The notes beneath the pieces are model-generated. The model saw only the letters and a list, made by a program, of their open reading frames with translations, had not been told where the DNA came from and did no database searches. From a virus (Duplodnaviria > Caudoviricetes), in the IMG/VR virus record IMGVR_UViG_3300009194_000005, positions 52,525 to 116,524 of that record: a DNA stretch of 64,000 bases. The stretch is one strand, 5' to 3'. Both the position numbers and the translations under genes were made by a program. Shown here piece by piece: positions 9,835 to 19,100 of the stretch. Numbering within the stretch: the stretch's first letter is position 1; every line of letters begins with the position of its first letter.

Positions 9835-9895
9835 GCTCAGTATTTTTATACATCGCTCATGGATGCAAGCATTAAGAAATAAACCTCCTAAGGCA

Positions 9896-11215
9896 TTAGG
9901 TTAACCTTTTGGTCCTATCCCATTTATTTGTATTAACAGCGCCAGCTGAGTGCATCTTTTTGAGCATACTGTTCAAGAAAATTCCTCCTACTGCAGCAGC
10001 CGCTGCTGGAATACCATCGGGTAACTCCGCTAGGGCCTCACCCACACAACGCCGACACACGTTGCGTCCTTCGGTCTTACAGGTGACCGGACTTCTCAGT
10101 AAGAGATCCTTACCAATATACGACTGGACGTTGTCTTTGGTGAGCAACACGGATTGTTTCCCATCAATCACCCAAAAGTCCACCATCCCTTTGGCGTTGT
10201 CTTCTTTAATCCGTACTGGGATGCCCAACGAGGTACCGCAGTCGTCTTCCTCAATGCGAATCGTCCCCACCATCCGGTAGATGGTCTTGGTGGATTCCCC
10301 ACCTAACTGAGTTTGAGACCCGCGACTGTAAGACCCGTAACGAAGACCGTTGATCATCTCTGGGAGTTTCTCGGGGTCAATGCCCTCCTCCAATGACTTG
10401 GTAATCAGAGTTACCGCAGAGCCATCCGTAAAGGCGGACTCACTACCGAACAGATAAAAGAGCTTGTTACGAACCGCCCCGAAGCCTTTCTTGCCCTTGG
10501 CTTCGTAGAAGTCATACGCGGCATCACCTTCCAACCATTCACGATCAAGGGCTTCCATCTCCTTACCAATCTTGGCTGCCACAATCGGATCAGTGAGTTT
10601 GTCCTTATTCTCCTCTAACAGCTCCTGTCGGCGCTTACGGGCCTTGGGATTGGACTGGAGTGCCTTCGGTGTGACAGAGACCACCGACATGGACGCGTAG
10701 GCAACCAGGGAGAGGGCATACTCAGAAAACTGCAGGTACTGCCTGACGTAGAGTTTTCCGTCTGGGGCGTGAGAGACTCCATCGTCGTCTTCCGGGTTAT
10801 CAATGAGACGCCCGAGGATTTCCTCCTCAATCTTCTTGATGGAAAAGTGTCCGGTTTGGAAAGGGAAAAGGTCGCCAAACGGAAGCACCAGAAGTAGGTA
10901 ATTGACGAAGACATTCCCATACGTGGTCGTGAGCGGCCCATCCCCCTGGTAGTTGGGAAGGTCTCCTGACTGAAGCACAAAGGCTTCACGGAAGTCACAC
11001 AGCGGCTGATCCGCCTTGCGTTTGGTATTGATAACAAACTCGTCTCCCGTATCGGCATCACGGGCCACGCGTTGTCCCTTCTCATTCCAGTACCAACGCC
11101 CTAAAATCCTTTCGTCATTCGGGGGTTCGGTGACGGCGAATATGCTGTTCACCCACGCCCGCTTCTTACCCGCGCCTTGTTTTAGCGCCCATAAGAAATA
11201 GTCCCGCTTGTCCAT
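9896..11215 (-). CDS. virion RNA polymerase beta' subunit fragment (phiKZ gp80-like)
   Basis: EDDCGT and LRSPVTCK...VCRRCVG beta' zinc-site motifs, plus synteny. Confidence 0.8.
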   Translation of the reverse strand: MDKRDYFLWALKQGAGKKRAWVNSIFAVTEPPNDERILGRWYWNEKGQRVARDADTGDEFVINTKRKADQPLCDFREAFVLQSGDLPNYQGDGPLTTTYGNVFVNYLLLVLPFGDLFPFQTGHFSIKKIEEEILGRLIDNPEDDDGVSHAPDGKLYVRQYLQFSEYALSLVAYASMSVVSVTPKALQSNPKARKRRQELLEENKDKLTDPIVAAKIGKEMEALDREWLEGDAAYDFYEAKGKKGFGAVRNKLFYLFGSESAFTDGSAVTLITKSLEEGIDPEKLPEMINGLRYGSYSRGSQTQLGGESTKTIYRMVGTIRIEEDDCGTSLGIPVRIKEDNAKGMVDFWVIDGKQSVLLTKDNVQSYIGKDLLLRSPVTCKTEGRNVCRRCVGEALAELPDGIPAAAAAVGGIFLNSMLKKMHSAGAVNTNKWDRTKRLT

Positions 11216-11217
11216 GG

Positions 11218-12051
11218 TTATACCTCTCCCCAGGTCGCTTCAATCGCTTTCTCGATACGGACCTGTTCTTGGTAATCATCGGTAAATTCCTGAATCGCAT
11301 CTTTTAAGGCGCCGCCGAGCGCTTCCGGCTCCACGCCACTGAAGAACACCAGACCCAGGAGTTCCAGGGCGGCCTTCTCCGTCGGCATGCCATCGAGGGC
11401 CTCAACTGACGTCTCCAACAGAGTGTCGAGAGGTTGTCCTGAAGGGACACCGGATTTCGCCAGTTCCACCACGAGGTGGGGATGCTCACGTTGGGTGAGG
11501 TTGAGCAGGGCATTCACCCGCTTGATCGCTCCGGTTTTCGCTTCACGGTGGGGCAGATGCTCGGTGTCTTGTTCCACTGCCTGGCGGGCAATTTCACGTA
11601 GTCGTACCACCACCGCGTCGTCGACGTGGACAATAGCCTCGAACGCTTCCGCCCCGGTGATGTCACTGAACATCGGGGTCATTTCCGCCACCAGCTCCTC
11701 TGGCGTCCAATCCGCGAGAGTCATGTCGTACAGGGCTTGGGGGATAACGTAGTGTTCCACGTTAGCGACGGCCTGGAGAATCCCCGTCATGACAGGAAGG
11801 GTGGTGTTCTCTTCCAGGGTAATGCCATACTGTGTTAATGAGTCGCCCAGTGCATAAATCAATACGTCCTGGATACGGCCGACGAACAGATAGTTATCGG
11901 AGATGCCATCTTGCATACCGATGATATTCTGTAACTCGTCTTCAAATGACGACAGGCCAATCGATGAAAGCAGCTGTTGGGCTTCCAAGAAAACCCGAAT
12001 ACGCTCCTCCGGAATGATGTCGTGTAGTGCAATCCGCAGTTCATCCATCAT
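11218..12051 (-). CDS. conserved phage protein (phiKZ gp79-like by synteny)
   Basis: 277-aa ORF abutting the vRNAP gene. Confidence 0.65.
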   Translation of the reverse strand: MMDELRIALHDIIPEERIRVFLEAQQLLSSIGLSSFEDELQNIIGMQDGISDNYLFVGRIQDVLIYALGDSLTQYGITLEENTTLPVMTGILQAVANVEHYVIPQALYDMTLADWTPEELVAEMTPMFSDITGAEAFEAIVHVDDAVVVRLREIARQAVEQDTEHLPHREAKTGAIKRVNALLNLTQREHPHLVVELAKSGVPSGQPLDTLLETSVEALDGMPTEKAALELLGLVFFSGVEPEALGGALKDAIQEFTDDYQEQVRIEKAIEATWGEV

Positions 12052-12219
12052 GGGTATATTCTCCTACCGTAGAAGGGGGTCATAACATACCTTTACGTCG
12101 ACGCGTGAAGTCCCATCGTACATAAGTACGGATTTACGCTATTATTATAGTCAACGCCGTTTCTCCAAACTGAGTCGTTGGTTCTCCCATTGTGTCTCTC
12201 TGTAAAAAGGAAGTGTCTC

Positions 12220-12699
12220 ATGACCAATCAATCCCAAACCCCCGATGTCGATATTACTGATGAAGACATTCGCGCCACGGAGGAAGTCGTTGCCTCCACG
12301 GTATTGAAGTCCGATAAAGGATGGGAAGTCCTGCGTCAGATGTATCACGAAAGCGCCAAGAAGCTGCTTTCCACTCAGGGCTTTACTTATCCGGTTCTTG
12401 CCAACATGGACACCTTGAAAGAGAAACTCTCCGATCCAGAAGGGTTTCAAAAGTCCATGCAGACCCTGATTGGGGATTTGCAGGATTACAAGCAGCAGAT
12501 CGATGCCATCTACGCCAAGCACAAGGACAAGTCCGGTAAACCCACTGAGGCCGAGTGGCCGATCCTGTTTGCACTCAGTCAAGACTACACCAACCTGATG
12601 CACCACTTCGACACCGTGATTTCCCCGCTGGTGTTCTCATTGGTCGATGTAATCCGTGCTGAGCACGGTGATCTTCTTGAAATGCCGACACAGCAGTAA
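12220..12699 (+). CDS. hypothetical phage protein
   Basis: ATG at 12220 with an AGGA RBS. Confidence 0.7.
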   Translation: MTNQSQTPDVDITDEDIRATEEVVASTVLKSDKGWEVLRQMYHESAKKLLSTQGFTYPVLANMDTLKEKLSDPEGFQKSMQTLIGDLQDYKQQIDAIYAKHKDKSGKPTEAEWPILFALSQDYTNLMHHFDTVISPLVFSLVDVIRAEHGDLLEMPTQQ

Positions 12700-12708
12700 G
12701 GACTCCCC

Positions 12709-14235
12709 ATGGACGATTCACAAAAGCCCGATGATAAACCGGTTGAGGACACCACCTCCACCGGGCAATATGGTACTGAGACCCCGACCGAATCCTCAGC
12801 GAATTTCGTTGAAGACTTTGCCTCCACCAAGGACCTGGACAAACCGATCATGCTGGGCGATGCCCTGGCGATGTTCCGGGAAGTGTTCAGTACGGTAAGT
12901 GGTACCCTGGACAAGGCCGATAACCTGCTGAAAAAGATTGACAAGCAAGAGGAGGCAATCTTTAAGAAGGCCAATGACCAAGGCCGGACGCTGGGTGACG
13001 ATGAAGGCAATGCCTGGTACCGTACGGTCATGAATGCCCTGACCCACGCTAACATCAATCAGGCGGGAGAAGAGGCTTCCACTCGTGAGGGGAGTGAATG
13101 GCGTCAGGTCCTGGAGTATGAAGGACAGTCGCTGCGTCCCGGTCAACCCAAGCAACGCCTGGGCGATGGGCATCACACTGTCGAAGAAAAGCTCACGTAT
13201 ATGTCCCGTCGTGCGGGCGTGGGTACCGTGTTTGACGTACCCCTCTACCACAGCGGGATTTGGGTGCGCATGAAGACCCCGCCGCTGTCGGCCCTGACAA
13301 GTCTTCAGTACCAACTGAGTCAGCTAAAGGTGACGCTGGGGTCTGATTCCAAAGGCATGGCTTTTTCCAACACCGGTCAAGTGTTAACCTCGGTGGCGGT
13401 GGACTTTGCGCTACAGTACGTGATTGACACCAACATCCACACCAGCACACCCAGTGACCTAAAAGAACGTATACGGGTGTTGGATATCCCGACGTTGCTG
13501 TGGGGTCTGGCAGTCACGCTCTACCCCAACGGGTTCCCGTATGTTCACCCCTGTGTGGCCGACCCAGAAAATTGTCAACATGTGGTGAAAGAGACCCTCA
13601 ACCTGAACCGTCTGTTCTGGACGGACAGTGTCTCTCTGACCAAGACCCAGAAGAAACTCATGGCACGCCGTTTCCAGCACAAGCTCACCGAAGAGGAGTA
13701 TACCCTCTATCATGCTGAGAAAGTGCGGGGCAATAACCGAGTGGTGTGGTTCGAGGATCTTGGGGTAACCCTGAAAGTCCCCACCGTCCAGGAGTATGAA
13801 GACGCGGGGCGAGACTGGATCAACGGCATCATTGAGATGACGCAAGGGGCGTTCAATGAACCACCACATGGAGCCAATCGGGATCGCTATATCCTGAGTC
13901 TGGGGGAAGCTACCACAGCCCGTCAATACTCACACTGGGTGGCCGACATTCGGGAACGCGACGATGACGGGGAAGATGTCATTGCCGACAGTGACGACGT
14001 GATTAACGAAGCACTCAACCATGTGTTCTCCACCGAGGAGTACGCGGAGAGCTTCCTGGGTAAGATCACCGAGTTTGTGGATGACGCCATGTTAAGCATG
14101 GTCGCCATTCCCTCGTTTGATTGTCCGAGTTGTAAGAAAACGATAAGTGAAGGGAAACATGAACGCTTCCCGCATCTGGTACCGCTGGATGTCCTTACCA
14201 CTTTTTTTACGCTGGTCAACCGGAAGCTCAATTAA
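12709..14235 (+). CDS. conserved phiKZ-like protein (gp77-like, baseplate hub assembly-like)
   Basis: 508 aa with VPLYHSGIWV, LYPNGFPY..PC and C-terminal CPSC; synteny. Confidence 0.65.
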   Translation: MDDSQKPDDKPVEDTTSTGQYGTETPTESSANFVEDFASTKDLDKPIMLGDALAMFREVFSTVSGTLDKADNLLKKIDKQEEAIFKKANDQGRTLGDDEGNAWYRTVMNALTHANINQAGEEASTREGSEWRQVLEYEGQSLRPGQPKQRLGDGHHTVEEKLTYMSRRAGVGTVFDVPLYHSGIWVRMKTPPLSALTSLQYQLSQLKVTLGSDSKGMAFSNTGQVLTSVAVDFALQYVIDTNIHTSTPSDLKERIRVLDIPTLLWGLAVTLYPNGFPYVHPCVADPENCQHVVKETLNLNRLFWTDSVSLTKTQKKLMARRFQHKLTEEEYTLYHAEKVRGNNRVVWFEDLGVTLKVPTVQEYEDAGRDWINGIIEMTQGAFNEPPHGANRDRYILSLGEATTARQYSHWVADIRERDDDGEDVIADSDDVINEALNHVFSTEEYAESFLGKITEFVDDAMLSMVAIPSFDCPSCKKTISEGKHERFPHLVPLDVLTTFFTLVNRKLN

Positions 14236-14270
14236 GTCCCAGTCAGAACGAGGATGCCCGTTTTAGTCGT

Positions 14271-14729
14271 TTGAGTCTCACACTGGACGACCCTAACGGG
14301 CACGTGGGCTTTTCTCGCTTCGGGTTGGATCAACTCGGTCAAGAAGGACAGTTCGACGCCCTCTTACGTGAGCTCCCTGCGGTACGACCTACCGCAGCGG
14401 AGATGATCGGGCTGTCCTGTTACCAAACGGAATATGGGATTTTCAACCACAGTCGTGTGCGTGGTCCTACCGAACAACGTCCCCTGGCGTCGGTGGCCTT
14501 GCACGATAAAGAAGACGTGATGGAAGGCGGTCCTTTATTCAGTCACATTCGTCGGTTCTACCAGTATCGACTCCATAAATTGTTTGGTCTATCGCTGAAT
14601 GAGTTCCTGGAGTTGCCCTTGTATATGGTGGAGCTGTTGTATGACATTGCGATTGCGGATGCCACACAGCAGGACCACACTCACCGTGACGTACAGCGCC
14701 AACTGAATATGGATTTCGATGACGAATGA
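14271..14729 (+). CDS. conserved phage protein (gp76-like)
   Basis: KLFGLSLNEFLELP motif, follows the gp77-like gene. Start uncertain. Confidence 0.6.
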   Translation: MSLTLDDPNGHVGFSRFGLDQLGQEGQFDALLRELPAVRPTAAEMIGLSCYQTEYGIFNHSRVRGPTEQRPLASVALHDKEDVMEGGPLFSHIRRFYQYRLHKLFGLSLNEFLELPLYMVELLYDIAIADATQQDHTHRDVQRQLNMDFDDE

Positions 14730-14739
14730 CGTCATAACT

Positions 14740-14768
14740 GCCTTCCCTACGGGGAAGGCTTTTTTTTT
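14740..14768 (+). terminator. intrinsic terminator
   Basis: GCCTTCCC-TACG-GGGAAGGC followed by a T run, between convergent genes. Confidence 0.75.
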
Positions 14769-15801
14769 ACCTTAATCGGAACCGCCCTAAATTATCGAGG
14801 GTAAGGAAATCGTAATCATTGAGCAAGGCCCTAATAAAATACTGCGGGTTAGCATGTTGAGCGAAGGCCAACCAACTATTAAGACGTTGTTCAATAACAC
14901 GGTAAGACAGTCCTTGTTCCAGTAGTGCGGGTGTTTTATGCAAAAGCTTTCGTATTCGTGACTTCTGTCGTCCCAGTAAATAAAGCCGTTCTTGAGTAAT
15001 GAAAAACCCTAAGGTCGAAACACCATGTTTAACCGGCAACGATTGGGTTTTGCGGGGATGTAACGTAAGACGTAAATTATCTTTAAGGAACCCATCAATC
15101 AACTCGTTTATTATATCGGCATTAGTTTTATCCGTCGTTGTCACTACAATATCATCGGCGTAACGGACGTAGTGTTTTATACGCAGTTGGCGCTTACAGA
15201 ACTGGTCAAGTTCATTAAGAAAGATATTAGCAAATAGTTGGCTGGTTAAATTACCTAACGGTAGCCCTGGGTTGATCGGACTAGAATCAATGATCTCATA
15301 TAACAATGTCAGAGTTAACGGGCATGTGACTACTTTGGTCAAGATGTGCTTGAGTATGTCATGGGGTATCGAGTAAAAGAACTTCGAGATGTCACTTTTT
15401 GCGAGGTGGCCTTGGATATTGTATTCTATCTGAATTGCCCTTAATTGCCGTTGGATGGTGAGCACTGCTCTGATATTACCCCGACCTTCGATACAGGCGT
15501 AAGAATCACGTATAAACAAGGGATAATACCGTCGTGACAACACATTATTGAGCATATGTTGAACGATTTTATCGCGATATGACGGTGAGAAGATAACCCG
15601 TTGTTTTGGTTCATGTACTAGAAACGACGCATAAGGTCCCGGGCGGTAGGTCCCATTATGAAGTTCACTGACCAACTTGTCCAGTTCATGAAACTGCTGT
15701 CGTTTAAACTTAACGGCGGCGGGTTTGTGTTTAGGCGCACCACGTTGTGTCGCGTTGAACGCTTCTGAGATGTTAGCCTCGTGCATGATATCGTTAAACA
15801 T
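14767..15801 (-). CDS. DGR reverse transcriptase 1
   Basis: GLPLGNLTSQ DGR-RT signature, YVRYADD catalytic motif and DISKFFYSI. Confidence 0.95.
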   Translation of the reverse strand: MFNDIMHEANISEAFNATQRGAPKHKPAAVKFKRQQFHELDKLVSELHNGTYRPGPYASFLVHEPKQRVIFSPSYRDKIVQHMLNNVLSRRYYPLFIRDSYACIEGRGNIRAVLTIQRQLRAIQIEYNIQGHLAKSDISKFFYSIPHDILKHILTKVVTCPLTLTLLYEIIDSSPINPGLPLGNLTSQLFANIFLNELDQFCKRQLRIKHYVRYADDIVVTTTDKTNADIINELIDGFLKDNLRLTLHPRKTQSLPVKHGVSTLGFFITQERLYLLGRQKSRIRKLLHKTPALLEQGLSYRVIEQRLNSWLAFAQHANPQYFIRALLNDYDFLTLDNLGRFRLR

Positions 15802-15969
15802 CGGTTACCCCATTACGGCATAATTGGGCGACTACCCCCACAGCGTGATGGGAGGGGTAGTCATAGTGTGTTCTCGTTATCTAGGTAACGAACGATTTCG
15901 CCCCCTTGACGAACTATAACATGCGGAAGGCGGCCTTAGCGACCAAACCATCAGATAAACAGCCGTCAG

Positions 15970-16057
15970 GGCAAGGCCGCCAACCATTATTCGAATTCGT
16001 ATTCGACGAAGTATTCGTGTTGAAGTTCGTCAAGGACGAATTCCCTCGGTTGACGTG
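15970..16057 (-). repeat. DGR1 template repeat (TR)
   Basis: 88-bp non-coding copy of 16553-16640 containing nine AAC/AAT codons. Confidence 0.95.
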
Positions 16058-16082
16058 CATTATAGACCAAACCGTTTACATA

Positions 16083-16418
16083 CTATTGGGTTAATTGGCT
16101 TACCACACCACTCAGGATAATTTCTGTGTCGCGACACACATTCTCCAGAAAACCCTCTGTTATATATCCTTCCTTATATGCCAGTTGGTGAACCGTCATT
16201 AACGACACCAAGGTGGCTTGAGTTTTCTTTAACGCGTCTTTTCGTGCTGCACCGTGGGTGAATTCAGCAAGGTGTAATTGAAATAACCCCTCAAAGGCTT
16301 TCTGTTTGATAATCTGACACATCCCTGTATGTTCGTGACGCGGGTAGTTACGAAATGTAGGCAACATCGTCCCTAGCAGGGTTTCCATACGTGATGAAAG
16401 TTCGGTTATTTTCGACAT
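16083..16418 (-). CDS. avd: DGR accessory variability determinant (Avd)
   Basis: 111-aa helical protein with NYPRHEH and AYKEGYIT, located between target and TR. Confidence 0.85.
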   Translation of the reverse strand: MSKITELSSRMETLLGTMLPTFRNYPRHEHTGMCQIIKQKAFEGLFQLHLAEFTHGAARKDALKKTQATLVSLMTVHQLAYKEGYITEGFLENVCRDTEIILSGVVSQLTQ

Positions 16419-16438
16419 TTTTCTATATAAATTTAGGG

Positions 16439-16477
16439 GCGGGGTCCCTCGTCGACAGGCTCCTCGAAGGACCCCGC
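16439..16477 (-). other. hairpin downstream of VR1 (candidate DGR homing hairpin)
   Basis: GCGGGGTCC...GGACCCCGC 9-bp inverted repeat about 60 nt after the target stop codon. Confidence 0.55.
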
Positions 16478-16535
16478 TGTGGTCGTGACGAATACATGGT
16501 TCGTCTCTGCGTATTATTACCCTACCCAGTCATTC

Positions 16536-17387
16536 TTACACGACCAGTTCCAGGCAAGGCCGCCAACCATAAGTCGAAATCGTATTCGACGAAGTATTCG
16601 TGTGGAAGCCCGCCAAGGACGAAAGCCCTCGGTAGACGCGGTACCCCGAATTCGATGCTGCCGTCTCTTGGGTCCAGCTGGCGCGTCCGTTACCGGTCCC
16701 CACGACGATGTCGGTATCGGTGTAAGAGGCCCAGTTTGTGCCGGTGGGGTCATCGACATGTACCCGGTAAATTAAGTCATTCCACTCCCCACCGGCACTG
16801 GAGGCTGGGTCCGCGTCACCACCGGTCAACAGACGGACACGGAAGGTGTCATTAAAGTCCGAGGTAAACTGGGCGTCGGTCTCACCCCCATACACCGCAT
16901 TCACCGCCGCGATATGATCCCAACTTACGCTGTGACGATACGGTTTCTTCGCGACGAACAGCGTCTTACCGTGATGATTGAATTTCAACCAGGGTTCACT
17001 ACTGAATTGTGACGTACCCGCTGTAAGGCCCAGAGAGGTCGCCAGAGCGTCGCCATCCACCAGGTCGGTCACTAGGGTCTCCCCATAGAACCCAAGCCTG
17101 TGATCGCCCGCTGAGAGCGTCTGAGGGCCAGGACCGGTCAGGATCGGTAGCGCCTTACCGTGAATCAGGTTACTGAAGGCGCTGTCATTCCCCCGGTAGG
17201 TCTCGAAGAGGTAGTAATACTCATCGCCCCGCGCCACAAAGGTATCCTCGTACACCTTGGTACCCGCCACGAGTTCATCGTGGGTGGCACCCGGCAGGGT
17301 ATCTTTATCGAAGGGGGTAGCGCTACGCCACACCCGGATGCCGTCCTCATTGAGGTTACGGTTAGTAAACTTAAACGTAATGCTCAT
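16536..17387 (-). CDS. DGR1 target protein (Ig/FN3-like N-terminus plus C-type-lectin-like variable domain), likely tail fibre/adhesin
   Basis: The VR encodes the C-terminal RVYRG...YGWRPC segment. Confidence 0.9.
   Translation of the reverse strand: MSITFKFTNRNLNEDGIRVWRSATPFDKDTLPGATHDELVAGTKVYEDTFVARGDEYYYLFETYRGNDSAFSNLIHGKALPILTGPGPQTLSAGDHRLGFYGETLVTDLVDGDALATSLGLTAGTSQFSSEPWLKFNHHGKTLFVAKKPYRHSVSWDHIAAVNAVYGGETDAQFTSDFNDTFRVRLLTGGDADPASSAGGEWNDLIYRVHVDDPTGTNWASYTDTDIVVGTGNGRASWTQETAASNSGYRVYRGLSSLAGFHTNTSSNTISTYGWRPCLELVV
16553..16640 (-). repeat. DGR1 variable repeat (VR)
   Basis: Differs from TR1 only at template A positions (11 sites). Confidence 0.95.
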
Positions 17388-17398
17388 GTCTCTCTCCT

Positions 17399-18271
17399 TT
17401 ACGGGGCGTCACTGTAAGACCAGTCGTACACGTACGACGGTTTCACATAGTCGGTTTCATAATAGATGTCTTCCGGCGGGAAGAGGATCTTGGTCACTGT
17501 GGTCAACTCCAATACCGGCCGCCACCCCATCGTGGCCGTAACGGTAGTCGCCGCGACACTATCATAGTCGGCGATCGAGGTTTGACCGCGCCCCACCCGG
17601 TTGGCCAGCGTCCCAGAGATGGCTTCCTGGACCCAGCTGGTGGCGCCATTGCCTGATCCGACTCCCAACTCGGTGGTCGTTAATGAAGCAAACGTCCCGT
17701 TGGTGACTGCCACCATCAACTGGTCCCATTCGCCGCCCGCTCCCGTAGCGGGATCGGTATTACCACCAGTTAACAGTCGGGTTTTAAATCCATCAGTACC
17801 GATTAACGTTGGGGAGAACTGGTTAGCGTTTGCTCCCGCTGGGTGAATCCCCACATCGTCCACCCCATAAACCAGACCGGACTGGTAGAGGGTTTCCCAA
17901 CTCACGCTATGGCGAATCGGTTGTTTTGCCACGTAGAGGATTTTCCCCTGATAGGCAAACTTCAACCATGCAGTGGTGGAATTCATCCCCACCCCTTCTG
18001 ACACCCCCATCTCATCGGTTAACTGATCACCAGTAATAAACTCCGCGGCACTGATCTCACCAAAGTATCCGAGCTGGTAATCACCAGCCACTAACGTCTT
18101 GGGACCCGGGCCTAAGTTAAAGGCCATGTTACTGGGGCATTCAAAGCCCCCTTGCGTCACCCCATCATGGAGACGCAAACTCATGTCATCGAGATTGATC
18201 GAAATCTCACCTGCGGGTAACGTAAGGCTATTATTCTCCTCTGTCGTCCCGCGTAAGAAACGCACTTTCAT
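17399..18271 (-). CDS. tail-fibre paralogue (Mtd-N-like plus lectin-like domain with C-terminal extension), non-target
   Basis: MKVRFLRGTT..GEISI..RLHDG N-terminus; GWRPVLEL is followed by extra residues. Confidence 0.8.
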   Translation of the reverse strand: MKVRFLRGTTEENNSLTLPAGEISINLDDMSLRLHDGVTQGGFECPSNMAFNLGPGPKTLVAGDYQLGYFGEISAAEFITGDQLTDEMGVSEGVGMNSTTAWLKFAYQGKILYVAKQPIRHSVSWETLYQSGLVYGVDDVGIHPAGANANQFSPTLIGTDGFKTRLLTGGNTDPATGAGGEWDQLMVAVTNGTFASLTTTELGVGSGNGATSWVQEAISGTLANRVGRGQTSIADYDSVAATTVTATMGWRPVLELTTVTKILFPPEDIYYETDYVKPSYVYDWSYSDAP

Positions 18272-18380
18272 AGTGGACTCCTTTAGCTAAAGGCTCACCA
18301 ATGTGGCCATAGGATAAGTAAAAAAAAAAAAAAGAGGCCCTAAAAAAAAAAAAAGCCTCCCCGAAGGGAGGCAACAACGA

Positions 18381-18569
18381 TCATGCGAACGTCATCGCAT
18401 TCTTGCTGAAGAACAAATCAAACCGAATGGCTTCAATCTTCTCCTGTAAATGCTGGGTTTGTTTCACGCGTTTTGTGGTGAAACGGTTGCCCCATTTCTT
18501 TTCCAGCAGACGCTTATAGCTACGATAGGGGGCAGTGCGGCGTTCAAATTCACGAGTCAGGTCACTCAT
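18381..18569 (-). CDS. small basic hypothetical protein
   Basis: GGAG RBS, upstream promoter motif and downstream terminator at 18355-18372. Confidence 0.6.
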   Translation of the reverse strand: MSDLTREFERRTAPYRSYKRLLEKKWGNRFTTKRVKQTQHLQEKIEAIRFDLFFSKNAMTFA

Positions 18570-18620
18570 GGGGTATACTCCTGTAAGTTCTTTCGTTTTC
18601 TGTGGAGAGTTCTCATAGGA

Positions 18621-18640
18621 GTGATATAGGTCTTAAATTG
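18621..18640 (-). promoter_or_regulatory. phage early-type promoter (TTTAA...TATATCAC)
   Basis: Recurring TATATYAY motif upstream of seven minus-strand genes, resembling the phiKZ early consensus TATATTAC. Confidence 0.6.
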
Positions 18641-18695
18641 CATGGAATCGGGAGAAAACGCCGCCCCGAAGGACGGCGGGTTTATGTCGTCGGGA

Positions 18696-19088
18696 TCACT
18701 CAACAGACGTTCCAACTTCCCCGGTGCCGGCCGTTAGGGGGTTGATGCGAATGGGGTGTTCGTCCAGATAGGCAGCAATCCCGTGCTGGCGCATGGCATC
18801 CATGATGGGGGCGGTGTACTGGGGCACCTGAAGCAGATTCACCAGCGCGTCCACCAACAGGGTCAGGAAACTCTCATAAGTCTCCTGATCCACCTGCTCC
18901 TCTTCAGGAATGGTCACCGTTACCGTCTGGTTAATCAACAGGATCATCAACTGTCCTTTGGAGATCACCAGGCGATCCATTGGTGCTGCCACCACACTTT
19001 CCGGTTTGGCGTCCGGGTTCTTGGCGTTCACCTTATTAAACACACCAATGAACTTCTCGATCTGGCCGGGAGGCACGTGCAGTCCCAT
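18696..19088 (-). CDS. hypothetical protein
   Basis: 130 aa with a GGAG RBS. Confidence 0.65.
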   Translation of the reverse strand: MGLHVPPGQIEKFIGVFNKVNAKNPDAKPESVVAAPMDRLVISKGQLMILLINQTVTVTIPEEEQVDQETYESFLTLLVDALVNLLQVPQYTAPIMDAMRQHGIAAYLDEHPIRINPLTAGTGEVGTSVE

Positions 19089-19100
19089 AGGATTGGCTCC

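Larger units (their letters stand above)
14767..17387 (-). mobile_element. diversity-generating retroelement 1 (target-VR, avd, TR, RT)
   Basis: Canonical gene order; 11 TR/VR mismatches, all at TR adenines. Confidence 0.95.

Noticed and set aside
14767-15801. RTs as group II intron, retron or Abi RTs (also 47772-48887)
   Set aside because: The LGNLTSQ signature, adjacent avd and A-specific TR/VR pairs identify them as DGR RTs.
15970-16640. CRISPR array or tRNA genes
   Set aside because: Repeats occur only as TR/VR pairs. No repeat-spacer array or cloverleaf was recognised by eye.
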